Notes under the pieces: model-generated | What the model was told of the DNA's origin: nothing | What the model saw: the letters and a program-made list of their open reading frames with translations, nothing else | Database searches by the model: none | DNA from: Camelus ferus | Taxonomy: Eukaryota | Assembly: GCF_009834535.1 (NCBI RefSeq) | Contig: NC_045717.1 | Location: forward strand, 18,848,001-18,912,000 | Direction: 5' to 3' | Length of the DNA: 64,000 nucleotides | Made by a program: the position numbers and the translations under genes | Shown: in pieces, positions 62,165 to 64,000 of the stretch | How positions within the stretch are numbered: the stretch's first letter is position 1 | How the letters are laid out: each line of letters opens with the position of its first letter

Positions 62165-64000
62165 ACCTAAGGAATTGATTCAAACATTCTCCAAAAACAG
62201 GTGTTGGCTTTGAAGACAGGTGCAGTCATTGGTGTGTTTTTTGGGTTTTTTTGCGGGGGGCAGTTTCATTGCTAAGGAAAGATTTGCTGAGTGGTCTCAT
62301 GCTCAAATAGATGGGGAATGCCTCATCCTGTATGGATATTTGTAACTTATGCCTCCCCAGGGAACACCCTACAGAACTCTGAATCTAGTCTTCCACAAAT
62401 GGAAAAAAAAAGGGGGTTCCCGGGTGAAATAAATATGGGAAACTTGACATCCTGCATCGTTCTTCCTGAAGACTAACAATGACAGTGCTGAGAAGGTCTC
62501 CATTAGAGAAATCAGTTTAACTGTTTTATCCATCTCCACTTCCCCCTTTTGAGCTCAGCCTTTCAGCTGTCTCATCGCTTTCTTCCCCTGCCCCTGAGTG
62601 GAAAGGAGGAAGCCTGCAGGCTCTCCACCTCGAGGGGGAGAAAGCACCAAGTGTGGAGCTTTTAAAGCCCTTTCGTGGTGGGAGGGCCCACAAGGGGCAA
62701 GCTTTCCAAGCTGGGAAAGCCTAGGCCAGGGTTTCTCAGTGCCCCCAGTACCACCTGCCTCAGAATCATCCAGGGGACTAGCTCAAACAACAGACTCCAG
62801 GGTCATCCCAGACTCTGGCAGTGGGGCCCAGGAACCTGCATTTAATCAGCTCCCTGCATAAGGCTGATGAACACAAGAGTCAGAGTTCCCCTTGGTGCCT
62901 CTTTCCAAGAGCTTGAGGATCATGTCTGTCTCCTTCCCCCTCCAGCCTCATCTAGCATGGATGTTTGTTGAATGAATAATAATAGCAGCTTCCACTTCTC
63001 AGCACTTATTGGGTACTGGGCTGATCACATTGGATTTTTACAACAGCCCTATGAATTGGGTGTTTTCATCATCCCCAGGTAACAGATGGGGAAACTGAGA
63101 CCCAGAGGAAGGTCATTTACATGTTCATGAATTAAGAGACAGGCCAGGGTTCCTGTTGAGGTGGGACTGACACTGGATAGACAGGCGCTGATCATCTGCA
63201 GTAACTGGAGCACCTAATCTGGGCCAGAGTTTGGACTCAGTAGTGCAGAGAGGCCCACAAAGACGGGCCCCTCTAATGCTGGCAGGAAGGAGTTTGAGGA
63301 AGGCAGGGGCTGGGGGAAGATGTCTTCTCTGTGTGCATGGCAGACAGTAGCCTCTTCCCTCTCCAGATGGGCAAGCTCCCCCTGCTGCCTGAGTCCCCAG
63401 CAGGCCACCCTTCTATCCTGCCCCATGGGAAAGCCCAGGACAGTTCCTCACCACCTGGACCAGGGCCCAGTCCTCCTATCTCTGCCCCTCTCTCTATAAT
63501 GACCTGGCTTGGCAGGGAAGGTGGCCCCAGGGCTCTGCCAGCTCTGCTCACCCCGTCAGAGCCCTGCAGCCCCTCCCAGCCTACCCCAAGCCCAGAGAGC
63601 CCACCCATGTGCAGACAGAAGCCCCTGTTTCCTTTGTAGACAGTTACCCAAAGCAGGGAGGCAGGGCCCAGAGGCTTTTTGTAGTTTTACTCAGATCCTT
63701 GTTAAAGGGCCCTGGGCAATGACGGGAACCAGAGCCATTTTTAAGTGCTCACGCTGCACTAGGTGTTGGCCAAGCACTGCCCACATGATCAGACTGCACT
63801 CAGCAACCCTGTATTGTAGGCCTGCTGTCTTCCCATTTCACAGATGGGGCAGTGGAGGCCCACGGAGAGGAAGCCCTTTGCACAAGTCACACCTAGGAGG
63901 TAGCCAAGTTCAAGTCGTGCCCTGACTGGACCAGAGCTTGTGTCTCACCTGCCCTGCCCACTGCTGACTTGGCAAGAGGGATGGGGCTTCACAAGAGAGA

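Overview
Mammalian genomic DNA, most likely a camelid (camel/alpaca). The basis is 16 copies of a short tRNA-derived SINE (GGGGAGGGTATAGCTCAGTGGTAGAG...GGTCCTGGGTTCAATCCCCAGTACCTCC) matching my recollection of the camelid vic-1 family, with no Alu, B1/B2 or Bov-A elements recognised. The window is the inverted equivalent of the human 19p13.12 block: PRKACA 3' end (+), SAMD1 (+), C19orf67 (+), MISP3 (-), PALM3 (+), IL27RA (-), RLN3 (-), then a CpG island that by synteny is the 5' end of RFX1 (+). I traced exon structures by hand. Every junction reported has GT..AG ends and consistent phase. Eleven N-gaps hide the PRKACA stop codon, the SAMD1 start and most of its WH domain, and part of the RFX1 promoter. 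I found no wholly new gene system. The best leads are: (1) an IL27RA frameshift that replaces the ancestral C-terminus with a tail partly encoded by a MIR, plus poly(A) signals supplied by a MaLR LTR; (2) about 230 codons in frame upstream of MISP3, broken by one TAG; (3) a housekeeping-type promoter with no gene attached, between C19orf67 and MISP3; (4) SINE events in IL27RA introns (a flipped-loop perfect hairpin, and an insertion beside a branch point carrying a CA repeat); (5) a Gly-to-Arg change at relaxin-3 B6; (6) RFX X-boxes in PALM3 intron 1. Comparisons with human proteins and repeat subfamily names are from memory, not from searches, and repeat boundaries are approximate.
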